A DNA stretch of 62,212 nucleotides, filler included, from Jimgerdemannia flammicorona (lineage: Eukaryota): the NCBI GenBank assembly GCA_003990765.1. It is 3 parts of 3 records of this genome, joined end to end, with 100 filler letters (N's around TTAATTAATTAA, not from the genome) between each part and the next. Parts side by side here need not be neighbours in the genome. Positions count along the whole stretch, not along the records: positions 41,545 to 62,212 come from RBNJ01001620.1; 2 more parts are not named here. One strand, given 5' to 3'. The notes beneath the pieces were generated by a model. The model did not search any database and had not been told where the DNA came from. It saw nothing but the letters and a program-made list of their open reading frames with translations. Of this stretch, positions 49,401 through 61,268 are shown in pieces; the stretch's first letter is position 1, and each line of letters starts with the position of its first letter. A program made the position numbers and the translations under genes.

Positions 49401-50684
49401 GTTGATTTGGGGATTGAGTCTGGGATCATTTTTATCTTCAGATTCTTCTTCCTCTTCTGTAGTAGATTCTTCACTACTGTCATATTCCTCCTAAATGATA
49501 ACCTTCTTCTTCTTCTTTGATTGCTCATAGCTGGTTACCCTAACTCTATACTTCTTGCCTCAGTAGTCAAATTTGAGTACTTATTGATCAATATTAACAA
49601 CTGCATTCATTTTCTTCATCTAGTTGGTGTCAAGAATCATATTATAGGTGATAGCTTCAGTGATAATAGCTTTTGGAATAGAGAACTGAATGTATCTAAG
49701 AGAGATGGTGATATTTTGTACTTCTCCAAGAAGTGGAGTTTGGGCTCTATCTGCTACTATAATACTGAGGTTGGATGATCCATCAATGGGCCATTAGAGG
49801 GTATCCAAGAATTATTTGGCAATAATACAGACAGCTGCTCCTGTGTCTATGAGAATTTTTGCTTTTTGTCCTCTAATATCTCTATATAGATAAGTGCTGA
49901 TATATCTCTCTATAGCTTGAATGGGTGTGGGAGCTGGTTCTTGCTGTGAAATGGGAACCTGGCCAGTACTGAACCTGGTGGTCCTCAGTAGTTTATTTTA
50001 GACTTCAGCTGATATCAATTATAGAAACTACAGGAGAGGGACTTCCATCTTAGCTTCTTGAATTTTCTACTAGACTTCATTGTAGATATCTCTAGGCATG
50101 GTCTTCAGAGTATACTTCTTCTTAGACTTTGGAGTAGTAGGCTCCTGTTCTTCTTGTTCCATTTCTTCATCTTCTAGAGACAGCTCATTTATCTTGAGAG
50201 CAAAAGGTGAGGAAGTCCAGAAAGGTATTTCTACTTGTTCTTCTTCATCTTCATCTTCTTCTTGGATAATTCTTCTGCTGATATTCCTGGATGGCCTTTC
50301 TATAGGTCTCTTCCTTTTCTCTACTGGGTAGACTATTTTTCAGATAGTAACCTTAGTAGGGTACAAGTCTAGATTACTGTAGTCTTTACTGTTGCTTGCT
50401 TCTTCAAAATCTTCAATAGAATGGGCTTCAGTCTTTTTGTACTAAGTGTCATTTCTTCAGTTTAGTGGTTCTGAATCCCTTTGGTCACTTCTTTTGTTAT
50501 TACATTCAGTAGTATAGTATCCAAATTGTCCATAGTAGAAGTATTAGACTTGAACTCTATCTTAGGCAGAGTATCTTCTTTTCTCTTACTGATAGTTCCT
50601 GTTATCTCTTAGTGGATAACCTTGGCTCCTCTGAGGTGAGTATCCTCTATTATCTTGATAATTCCAATTTTTATATATGGTGAG
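43465..50684 (-). mobile_element. Ty3/gypsy element B internal fragment (gag knuckle-PR-long insert-dUTPase-RT), heavily decayed, interrupted by hAT, LINE and element C
   Basis: Knuckle remnant YFYYGQFGYYTTEC ~50520; PR ILIDTGAAV ~49840; dUTPase RTGLAMQL..TSRSGL..GGTIDLGY..KGFGSS 47840-48240; RT IDYRKLN ~44090 and YIDN ~43800. Confidence 0.85.
44800..47813 (+). mobile_element. 5'-truncated LINE copy 5 in element B
   Basis: Begins mid-ORF2 (GSGDGPGHW), contains RT motifs, stop at 47746, then poly(A). TSD AAAG(G/A)AGGTATATCTC at 44784-44799 and 47814-47829. Confidence 0.92.
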
Positions 50685-51087
50685 TGTAAAGGTTCTAGTT
50701 TCTAAATGAGAAAGCAACTAATTCTGGTAGTCCTAAGTAGCTCAAAGAGATACTAAGGATTCAAGTGTTCTTGAAAGATTTCTGAGAGAAAATATTCTGA
50801 GGCTTTATTCATGAGAATAAAGGGAATATTTATACAAGATCTGAAAGAAGGATCCAGAAGGATCTGAGAAATCAAAGGAAAATGCCAAGAGGAAAGTTCT
50901 TGGCAAAGATGACAAATAATGACAAATAAAGTTCTACAAGTTTCCAGGACAATCAGTGACTAACTAAATAAGTACTAGAGGATGCTTGGCACCAAGAAAG
51001 GATTTCTAAGCATTTGGAAAGTATCAGAAGGTTGTAGAATATTGAAGAAAGATAAAGAAAAGAAATAAACTATACTAAAATGTTACA
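50685..51087 (-). repeat. 3' LTR of chromovirus element C (403 bp)
   Basis: TGTAA...TTACA termini; PPT (TCTCCCCCTCCTT on +) at 51088-51100; homologous to 56185-56587. Confidence 0.92.
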
Positions 51088-54000
51088 TCTCCCCCTCCTT
51101 AAGAATCAATGTCCTTATTGAATTTTCAAAGTTATACATAATAAACAATAAGACTAAAAGAAACTTCAAATTAAATATACTGACTTATTGGCAAGGATTG
51201 GCCATCCTTGTATAAGGCGAGGGCCAAAGTATCATCTTGATCAGATGAGAACTGGTTCAAACCTCATTGATTGTAGGATTTATAGGGTTCTCCTATATCT
51301 CTTGCTTTTGATGCTATATCTCTTAGATAGCCCTAATATATAATGTGCCTGATCAGTATAGTAGGTCATTTACTATCTAAGGAGAGAACCTCATGGGCAG
51401 TCAATGAGTTCTTTTTTGCTCAAACTCTTGAATGAGGTCTTGGGAGTTTTTGAGATTGGCAGCAGGTTCCCAGATAGCACAATATTCAGGGTAACCCATC
51501 TACTTGACTAGATATTCTACATATGTGATGGTATCAGACTCATTTGTCTAAGATTTTTTCGACTTCATACTTGATGTGGTCTTCAACTATAACTGATACT
51601 GATGGTGTCAGAATTCGGCCAGAGTATGGGGGTGACTGGTTTCAGGCCTTGAGTTGTGATACATGGAATACTGGATGTATATGCATGGTTATTGACTTGG
51701 TGATCTCAAAGGGTCCAAGGTACTTGGGCTGGAATTTGGCTGACTGGCGATTGACTTGAGATTGAGCCTTGATGTTGTCGGCTTTGAGTAGAACCATATC
51801 ACCAATGTTGTATATGACATCTCACCACTTCTTATCTGCATACTTAGCTTGATGTTGCTGAGCCTTTTGCAGATTTGTAATGGCAATCTTGAGAAGGGAA
51901 TCCATTTTGTTGATAAGGTTCTGGGCTGTGGAGACTTGTGTGTGACTGGATTGCTGGAATTGGACTAGGCTCGCAGGGGTCTTGGGGTTTTGACCATAAA
52001 GTAGCTGAAATGGGGAAAGATCAGTTGATGATTGATTGGCATTATTGTAGGTGAACTCAGCATAGGTCAGATAGTGGTCCCAATCATCTTGCTCATAAGA
52101 CACATAGTTTCTGAGCATTTGTTCAAGTGTTCTGTTCATTTGCTCTGTCTGTCCATCAGTTTGAGGATGGAAGACAGTAGATATAGCAATTTGGGTTCTA
52201 AGGATCTTGAAGAGTGCTTGTCAGAAGTGACTTATGAACTTGGGGTTGCGGTCACTGATAATTACTCAGGGAAGTCCATAATAGTGAAAGACAGTCTTGA
52301 AGAAGATTCTTGCAATTTCTGGGGCAGTGGCATTGATTGTGGTTGGCTCAGCAATTGTAATCTTGATGAGATGATCCACAAACACAACAATAGCATTATA
52401 GCCTGTTTTGGTTTGTGGGAGTTGCACAATGAAGTTCATTGTGACTTGTTTGAACTTCTTGGTCAGAATTGACAAGAGTTGTAGAAGACTGGCAAGTGCT
52501 TGATTGCTTGACTTGTTTCTTTGGTAAAGATCACAGCTTTGGACATACTCCTTGATTTCCTTGAGCATGTTTGGCCAGTAGTAGTCTCATTGGATATTTT
52601 TGATAGTCTTCTCAGTTCTAAGGTGACCAGCTAGTGGGGAGTCATGATGTTCATGAAGAATCTTATACCATAGTTCAGGGTTGGCAGGAATATATACTTT
52701 GTCTTGGTAGTACACAAGGTTGTCCTTGATGGTGTACTTTTCCTTGAATTCCTTGGTATTTCTTTGTAGAACCAGAGAGTTTTATTCATATGCCTTTTTG
52801 ATCTGGTGAGAAATTCAGGTGCCATGGTGACTTGTAAAATCGTGGCAAGGTCAGGTCTCCTTGACAGTATATCTGGTACAACTAGAGTTTTGCCAGGCTT
52901 GTAGATGATGTTTGGGGTAAAGGTCTGAAGTAGTTGACTCCACTTGGCTTGTTAGCGAGAAAGGGATCTGTAATCAGTAATCACATCGAACTCAACTTCT
53001 TCTAGATAGTATTACCAGATCTTGAGAGCATACATGATTGCCAGGAGTTCCTTTTTGTGAGTAGCCAGCTTTTGTTCTGCTGGGGACAATTTTCTTGACT
53101 CAAAGGCAATAGGTTGGTGTCCTTGACCATCATCTTGAAAAATGACTGCACTAATGGCAAAGTTAGATGCATCTATAGTGACCATAAACTTTAAGTTTGG
53201 GTCTATGTTTCTAAGGACAGGTGCATGGATCAGGTGGTTCTTGAGTTCTTGAAAAGCTTGTTGACAGAAGGCATCACAGATGTAGAGGACATAGAGGTCA
53301 GAGTGGAGTTCCTTTCACAGGAGATTTGTCAAAGATTCTACGATGCCAGAGAAGTTCTTGACAAATCGATGGTAGTATCCAGCTAGACCAAGGAAGGACC
53401 TGAGTTCTGTGAGGTTTGCTGATACAGGCCACTGTTCGATGGCTTGTATTTTCCTTGGGTCTACTTGAATTCCTTTGGCTGATACAATGTGTCTAAGGTA
53501 TTTGACTTGATCCTTAAAAAATTCACATTTCTTGAGCTTTGGGTAGAGCTTGTTCTTGCAGAGGATCTTGAGGACTTATTTGATGTGCTTGAGGTGTTCT
53601 TCTTCAGTATTACTGAAGATCAGGATATCATCAATATATACAAGTACAAAGATATAGAGCTGATCCTTGAAGACAGTTTGTATAAGGTCTTAAAAGGTTG
53701 CTGGTATATTAGTGAGACCAAAGGCCATGACTAGAAATTCATAGAGTCCAAAGGGTGTCATGAAGGCAGTCTTAGGTATGTCTTCTGGCTTGATTCGAAT
53801 TTGATGATACCCAGAGGTGAGATCAATCTTGGTGAAGTACTTTGCATTCTTGAGAGCATCAAAGATTTGATCTATAAGTGGTAGCAGATAATGGTTCTTG
53901 ACTGTGATCTTGTTGAGTGCTCGGTAGTCTATACACATTTGCAGAGTATCATCCTTTTTCTTGACAAATAGAACTGGAGAGCCAAAGGGTGACTTGCTTG

Positions 54001-56184
54001 ATTGAATGGCTCCTCACTCAATGAGTTCATTGAGTTCCTTCTTGACTGCTTCAATTTCGAGTAGAGATATGTGGTACATTTTCTTCTTAGGTATAGCTGC
54101 ATCAGATATCAACTTGATTTCGTGGTCATGGTCTCTGGAAGGTGGTAGACCTGGTAGTTTGTCTGGGAAGACATTCTTGTACTTGTTTAGCAATAACTTG
54201 ATACTTTCACTAATTGATAGCTTCTTGTCTTCTTTCTTTGGTTGGATCAGTGCCACAAAGGCACAGGTAGCTTTCTTGAGGGCCTTCTTGAACTGAATTG
54301 CCAAAAGGGTAGCAATTGGGGTTCTTGTCTGAGCCTTGTCTGGCTTGATGGTAATGTTGGCTCCATCCTGAATTAAGGTGACTTCATTCTTGGTCCAATC
54401 AATCTGAGGGTTGTGCCATGTAAGCCAGGGTTTGCCTAGGATCAGGTCATGGTCTCCTAGTGGTGCTACCTCGAAATCTAAATGTTCCCAGTACTTCTGG
54501 ATCTTGAGGAGAAGTATAGCAGCAATTTAGTCAATTGGTAAGATGGTACCATCTGCAGTGACAACTCCACTATTCTTGCCAGCTGGTTTGGTGAAAATCT
54601 TGAGCTTATCAATGAGGTTCTTGTTGATGAAGTTCCCAACAGCTCCACTGTCTATGAGAACATCTAGCTCTTGTCCCTTGACTAGACCTTTGAAGATGAG
54701 CATTGAATTGGCTCAGTTCTTAGCTATACTTGCAACTTTGTCAGTGCTGCCAAAGCCTTTCTGATCTCACTTGGTTGAAGACAGCTTGGTGACTTCTTTG
54801 ATAACTGATAGGGTGGTTCGCTCCAGAATGAGCTGTGCAATTCTGTCACCTTCATTGACAGTATATGGTTAGTTCTTGTGGTTGACTAGCAGGACTTACA
54901 TTTCACCTTAGAAGTCAGGGTTAATGACTCCAGCACCAATATCCAATGAGTGCTTGAAACTGAGACCAGATCTTAGTACAATTCTTGTATAATATTCCTT
55001 GGGGATTTTGACTGAAAGGCCAGTTTGAATGAGCCTTCTTTCATGTGCAGGGATAGTGACTTGTTATACTGCTTGAAGGTCCAAACCAATGGCTCCTTCT
55101 GACTGTGCTTGAGGGATCTGGGCCTTGGGGTTGACTCACATGAAATTGAGTACAACTTTTTGTTCAACTGGTTGACCTTGAGTCTCTTTGGACAGGACCA
55201 GAATCCTCTTTGATTCAGTAGTTTTCTTGGGACATTTGGTTACAATGTGATCAGGCTGATAGCAAAAGAAGCAGACTCCAGTCTTCTTGAGACACTCCTT
55301 TTCCTCAGGTGTAAGCTTGTCTTTTTTGTTTTTGTTGATGGTGTCTAGGTCTATGGGGACAAGTTCAACAGTTCTGACTTTGGGTTTCTCCCTTCTGTGG
55401 TTATTGTTGCTATTGAAAGGTGGTCTCTTCTGTTCAAAGCAGTGACTATAGATAATGACATCAAACCTATCAGCAATTTTCATTGCTGTATCTAGGTCCT
55501 TGGGTTCTTCTAGTTCAACACAAACTCAGGTTTGATCTTTCAGGCCTCAGATGTACTTGTTGACCTTCTTATCTTCAGTGATATGTGGTAATTTAAGCAG
55601 GATTGACAGAAATTGTGCATTGTATGCTTGCACAGACTTGAGTTGTTTGACATTTGCCAGATGGTCTCATGCAGTCTTAGTGCTGTTGACTGGTTTGAAT
55701 TGGCCTTGAATAGCATCAGAGAATTTACCCCAGGTCTTGATTTGGTCTAGTATTGCTTCTTTCAAATTGGTCAGTTCTCTATATTGCTCTAATTGGAAAA
55801 GCCAGGCATCAGTAGACAGTCCTTCTCTTTGACCATCAAAGGTGTCAGGCTTCTGAGGCTTGATAGTGACTGCTATCAGATGTATTGATGTCAGTAGAGG
55901 TGCAGAGGTATGAGTGGGGGCCTTGCTTTCCTTTCTTTCTATATGTTCTTAAAGTTGAGCAATCTGAGCTAGTATAGTCTGCAAAAGACTCTTGATGGCC
56001 CCATTTGACTGAGTAGGGTTTTGCTGTTCCTCTTCTTCTTGCTGACTATATTGATTGTATGAGGCATTGTCTAGACCATAGGTATTATATGAAGGGTTCC
56101 ACCCATTGTCCTCCATAGTGTTGTGACTGATATCTTGAGAGGTGTCTTGATAAGACTAGGTGTAACTTAACTGCTGCTACCAAG

Positions 56185-56587
56185 TGTAAAGGTTCTAGTT
56201 TCTAAATGAGGAAGCAACTAATTCTGGTAGTCCTAAGTAGCTCAAAGAGATACTAAGAATTTAAGTGTTCTTGAAAGATTTCTGAGAGAAAATATTCTGA
56301 GGCTTTATTCATAAGAACAAAGGGGATATTTATACAAGATCTGAAAGAAGGATCTGGAAGGATCTGAGAAATCAAAGAAAAATGCCAAGAGGAAAGTTCT
56401 TGGCAAAGATGACAAATAATGACAAATAAAGTTCTACAAGTTTCCAGGACATTCAGTGACTAGCTAAATAAGTACTAGTGGGTGCTTGGTACCAAGAGAG
56501 GATTTCTAAGTGTTTGGAAAGTACTGGAAGGTTGTAGAATATTGAGAAAAGACAAAGAAAAGAAGTAAACTATACTAAAATATTAAA
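56185..56587 (-). repeat. LTR shared between tandem copies C and D
   Basis: Flanked by the PBS of C on one side and directly by the PPT of D (56588-56600) on the other. Confidence 0.9.
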
Positions 56588-59500
56588 TCTCCCCCTCCTT
56601 AAGAATCAACGTCCTCGTTGAATTCTCAAAGTTATACATAATAAACAATAAGACTAAAAGAAACTTCAAACAAAATATGTTGGCTCATTGGCAGGGACTG
56701 GCCATCCTTATATAAGGTGAGGGCCAAAGTATCATCTTGATCAGATGAGAACTGGTTCAAACCTCATTGATTGCAGGATTTATAGGGTTCTCCTATATCT
56801 CTTGTTTCTGATACTGTATCCTTTAGAGTGCCCTGATGCTTAATGTGCCTGATTAGCACAGTATGTCATCTACTATCCAAGGGGAGAACCTCACAGACAG
56901 TCAATGAGTTCCTTTTTACTCAAACTCTTGGATGAGATCTTGAGAGTTCTTGAGATTGGTGGCAGGTTCTCAGGTGGCATCATATTCAGAGTAACCCATC
57001 TACTTAACTAGGTATTCTGTGTGATTGTACTGAACTCGTTTGTCTAAGATTTTCTCAACTTCATACTCAATGTAGTCTTCAACTATCACTGGTACTGATG
57101 GTGTTGGAATTTGGCCAGAGTATGGGAGTGACTGATTCCAGGCCTTGAGCTGTGACACATGGAATACTGGATGTATACGCATGGTTGTTGGCAATTTGAG
57201 GTAGTAAGACCAGATAGAGACTTGCTTGGTGATCTCAAAGGGTCCAAGGTACTTGGGCTGGAATTTGGCTGACTGGCAGTTGACTTGAGATTGAGCCTTG
57301 ATGTTGTCAGCTTTGAGTAGAACCATATCTCCAATATTATATATGACATCTCGCTGCTTCTTATCTGCATACTTAGCTTGATGTTGCTGAACTTTTTGCA
57401 GATTCATAGTAGCGATCTTGAGAAGGGAATCCATTTTGTCAATAAGATTCTGGGCTGTGGGGACTTGTGTGTGACTGGATTGCTGGAATGAGACTAGGCT
57501 TGCAGGGGTCTCGGGATTTTGACTGTAAAGTAGCTAGAATGGGAAAAGGCCAGTCGATGATTGGGTGGCATTATTGTAAGCAAACTCGGTATAGGTCAGA
57601 TAGTGGTCCCAATCATCTTGCTCATAAGACACATAGTTTCTGAGCATTTGTTCAAGTGTTCTGTTCATTTGCTCAGTCTGTCCATCAGTTTGAGGGTAGA
57701 AGGCAGTAGATATAGCAATTTGAGTTCCAAGGGTCTTGAAGAGTGCTTGCCAGAAGTGGCTTGTGAACTTGGGGTTGCAGTCACTGATAATTACTCAGGG
57801 AAGCCCATAATGGTGGAAGACAGTCTTGAAGAAGATTCTTGCAATTTCTGGGGTAGTGGTATTAGTTGTGGTTGGCTCAGTGATTGTAATCTTAGTGAGA
57901 TGGTCCACAAATACAACAATAGCATTATAGCCTGTTTTGGTTTGTGGGAGTTGTACAATGAAGTCCATTGTGACTTATTTAAACTTCTTGGTTGGAATTG
58001 GTAAAGGTTGTAGAAGACCAGCAGGTGCTTGGTTGCTTGACTTATTTCTTTAGCAGAGATCACAGCTTTAGACATACTCCTTGATTTCCTTGAGCATGTT
58101 TGACCAGTAGTAGTCTCATTGGATATTCTTGATGGTCTTCTCAGTTCCAAGGTGACCAGCTAGTGGGGAGTCATGAAGTTCATGAAGAATCTTATACTGT
58201 AGTTCAGGGTTGGCAGGAATATATACTTTGTCTTGATAGTACACAAGGTTGTCCTTGATAGTGTACTTTTTCTTGAATTCCTTGGTGTTCCTTTGTAGAA
58301 CCAGAGAGTCTTGTTTGTATGCCTTCTTGATCTAATTGAGGAATTCAGGTACCATGGTGACTTGTAAGATTGCAGCAAGATCAGATCTCCTTGAAAGTGC
58401 ATCTGGTATAACTAGAGTTTTGCCAGGCTTGTAGATGATGTTTGGGGTAAAGGTCTGAAGTAGTTGACTCCACTTGGCTTGTTGGTGAGAAAGGGTTGGT
58501 TGAGTGTTGATGTACTGAAGGGACCTGTGATCAGTGATCACATCAAACTCAACTCCTTCTAGGTAGTATCGCCAAGTCTTGAGGGCATGCATGATTGCCA
58601 GGAGTTCCTTTTCATAAGTAGCCAGCTTTTGTTCTGCAGGGGACAATTTTCTTAACTCAAAGGCAATAGGTCAGTGTCCTTGACCATCATCTTGAGAAAT
58701 GACTGCACCAATGGCAAAGTTAGATATATCTGTAGTGACCATGAACTTCAAGTTTGGATCTATGTTTCTAAGGACAGGTGCATGGGTCAGGCAGTTCTTG
58801 AGTTCTTGAAAAGCTTGTTGACAGAAAGCATCTCAGATGTAGGAGACATAGAGGTCAGAGTCGGGTTCCTTTCACAGGAGGTTTGTCAAAGATTCTGCAA
58901 TGCCAGAGAAGTTCTTAACAAATCGATGGTATATCTAGCCAGACCAAGGAAGAACCTGAGTTCAGTGAGGTTTGCTGGTATAGGCCACTGTTCAATGGCT
59001 TGTATTTTCCTTGGGTCTATTTGAATTCCTTTGGACAATGTGTCTAAGGTATTTGACTTGATCCTTGAAAAACTCACATTTCTTGAGCTTTACATTTAGC
59101 TTGTTCTTATGGAGAATCTTGAGGACTTGTTCAATGTGCTTGAGATGTTCTTCTTCAGTGCTACTGAAGATCAGGATGTCATCAATGTATATAAGTACAA
59201 AGATATAGAGCTTATCCTTGAAGACAGTTTGCATGAGATCTTGAAAGGTTGCTGGTACATTGGTGAGACCAAAGGCCATGACTAGAAATTCATAGGGTCC
59301 AAAAGGTGTCATGAAGGCAGTCTTGGGTATGTCTTCTGGCTTGATTTGAATTTGGTGATACCCAGAGATGAGATCAATCTTGGTGAAGTACTTTGCATTC
59401 TTAAGAGCATCAAAGATTTGATCTATGAGTGGTAGCAGATAATGGTTCTTGACTGTGATCTTGTTGAGTGCTCAGTAGTCTATGCACATTTGCAGAGTAT

Positions 59501-61268
59501 CATCCTTTTTCTTGACAAATAGGACTGGGGAGCCAAAGGGTGACTTGCTTGGCTGAATGGCTCCTCACTTGATGAGTTCATTGAGTTCCTTCTTGACTGC
59601 TTCAATTTTGAGTGGAGACATGCAGTACATTTTCTTCTTAGGTATAGCTACATCAGATACCAACTTGATTTCATAGTCATGGTCTCTTGAAGGTGGTAGA
59701 CCAGGTAGTTTGTCTAGGAAGACATCCTTGTACTTGTTCAGCAGTAACTTGATGCTTTCACTAATTGATAGCCTCTTGTCTTCTTTCTTTGATTAGATCA
59801 GTGCCACAAAGGCACAGGTAGCTTTCTTGAGGGTCTTCTTGAACTGAATTGCTGAAAGGGTAGCAATTGAAGTTCTTGTCTGAGTCTTGTCTGGCTTGAT
59901 GGTAATATTGGCTCCATCCTGAATCAAGGTGACTTCATTCTTGGTCCAATCAATCTGAGGGTTGTGTCATGTAAGCCAGGGTTTACCTAGGATCAGATCA
60001 TGGTCTCTTAGTAGTACTATCTCGAAATCTAAATGTTCCCAGTACTTCTGGATCTTGAGAGGAAGTTTAGCAGCAATTGAGTCAATTAGTAAGGTGGTGC
60101 CATCTGCAGTGACAACTCCACCATTCTTGCCCACTAGTTTGGTGAGAATCTTGAGCTTGTCAATGAGGTTCTTGTTGATGAAGTTCCCAACAGCTCCACT
60201 GTCTATGAGAACATCTAGCTCTTGTCCCTTGACTAGACCTTTGAAAATGAGCATTGAATTGGCTCAGTTCTTGGCTATGCTTGCAACTTTGTTAGTGCTG
60301 CCAAAGCCTTTCTGATCTTGCTTAGTTGGAGACAGCTTGGTGACTTCTTTGATGACTGGTAGAGTGGCTCGCTCCAGAATGAGCTGTGTGATTCTGTCAC
60401 CTTCATTGATGGTATATGGTTGGTTCTTGTGGTTGACTAGCAGGACTTGCATTTTACCTTGGAAGTCAGGATCAATGACTCCAGTACCAACATCTAATGA
60501 GTGCTTGAAACTGAGGCCAGATCTTAGTACAATTCTTGCATAATGTTCCTTGGGGATTTCGACCGAAAGGCCAGTTGGAATGAGCCTTCTTTCATGTGCA
60601 GGAATAGTGACTTGTTGTACTGCTTGAAGGTCCAAACCAATGGCTCCTTCTGACTGTACTTGAGGGATCTGGGCCTTGGGGTTGACTTGCATAAAATTGA
60701 GTACAACTTCTTGTTCAACTGGTTGACCTTGGGTGTCTTTGGATAGGACCAGAATTCTCTTTGGTTTGGTAGTTTTCTTGGGACATTTGGTTGCAATGTG
60801 ATCAGACTGCCAGCAAAAGAAGTAGGCTCCAGCCTTCTTGAGGTACTCCTTTTCCTTGGGTGTAAGCTTGCCTTTCTTGCTCTTGTCAATAGTGTCTAGG
60901 TCCATGGGGGTATGTCCAACAGTTCTGACTTTGGATTTCTCTCTTTTGTAGTTGTTGTTGAAAGGCGGTCTCTTCTGTTCAAAGTGGTGGCCATAGGTGA
61001 TAATGTCAAATCTGTCAGCAATCTTCATTGCTGTATCTAGGTCCTTGAGTTCTTCTAGTTTGACATGAACTCGGGTTTGACCTTTCAGATCTCAGATGTA
61101 CTTGTTGACCTTCTTGTCCTCAGTGACATGTGGTAATTCTAGCAGGATTGACAGGAATTGTACATTATATACTTGTATAGACTTGAGTTGTTTGACATTT
61201 GCCAGATAGTCTCACATGGCCTTGGTGCTGTTGACTGGTTTGAATTGGCCTTGAACAGCATCAGAGAA
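56588..61268 (-). mobile_element. Second chromovirus copy D (internal region), interrupted in gag by LINE copy 6
   Basis: Colinear with C. ORF 60264-61028 runs from the knuckle into a complete dUTPase (GAIGLDL, PTGL, RSGL, GVIDPDFQG, GDRITQL, KGFGST), followed by LIDSGA. Chromodomain ~56905-57070. Confidence 0.93.

Larger units (their letters stand above)
50685..56587 (-). mobile_element. Full-length decayed Ty3/gypsy chromovirus C (gag-knuckle-dUTPase-PR-RT-RNaseH-IN-chromodomain)
   Basis: PBS TGGTAGCAG (iMet-like) at 56174-56182; gag ATG at 56116; CFFCYQPDHIVTKC; dUTPase ~54745-55150; [36 protein letters not shown]; chromodomain YEVEKILD..YLVK*..WEP. Confidence 0.93.
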
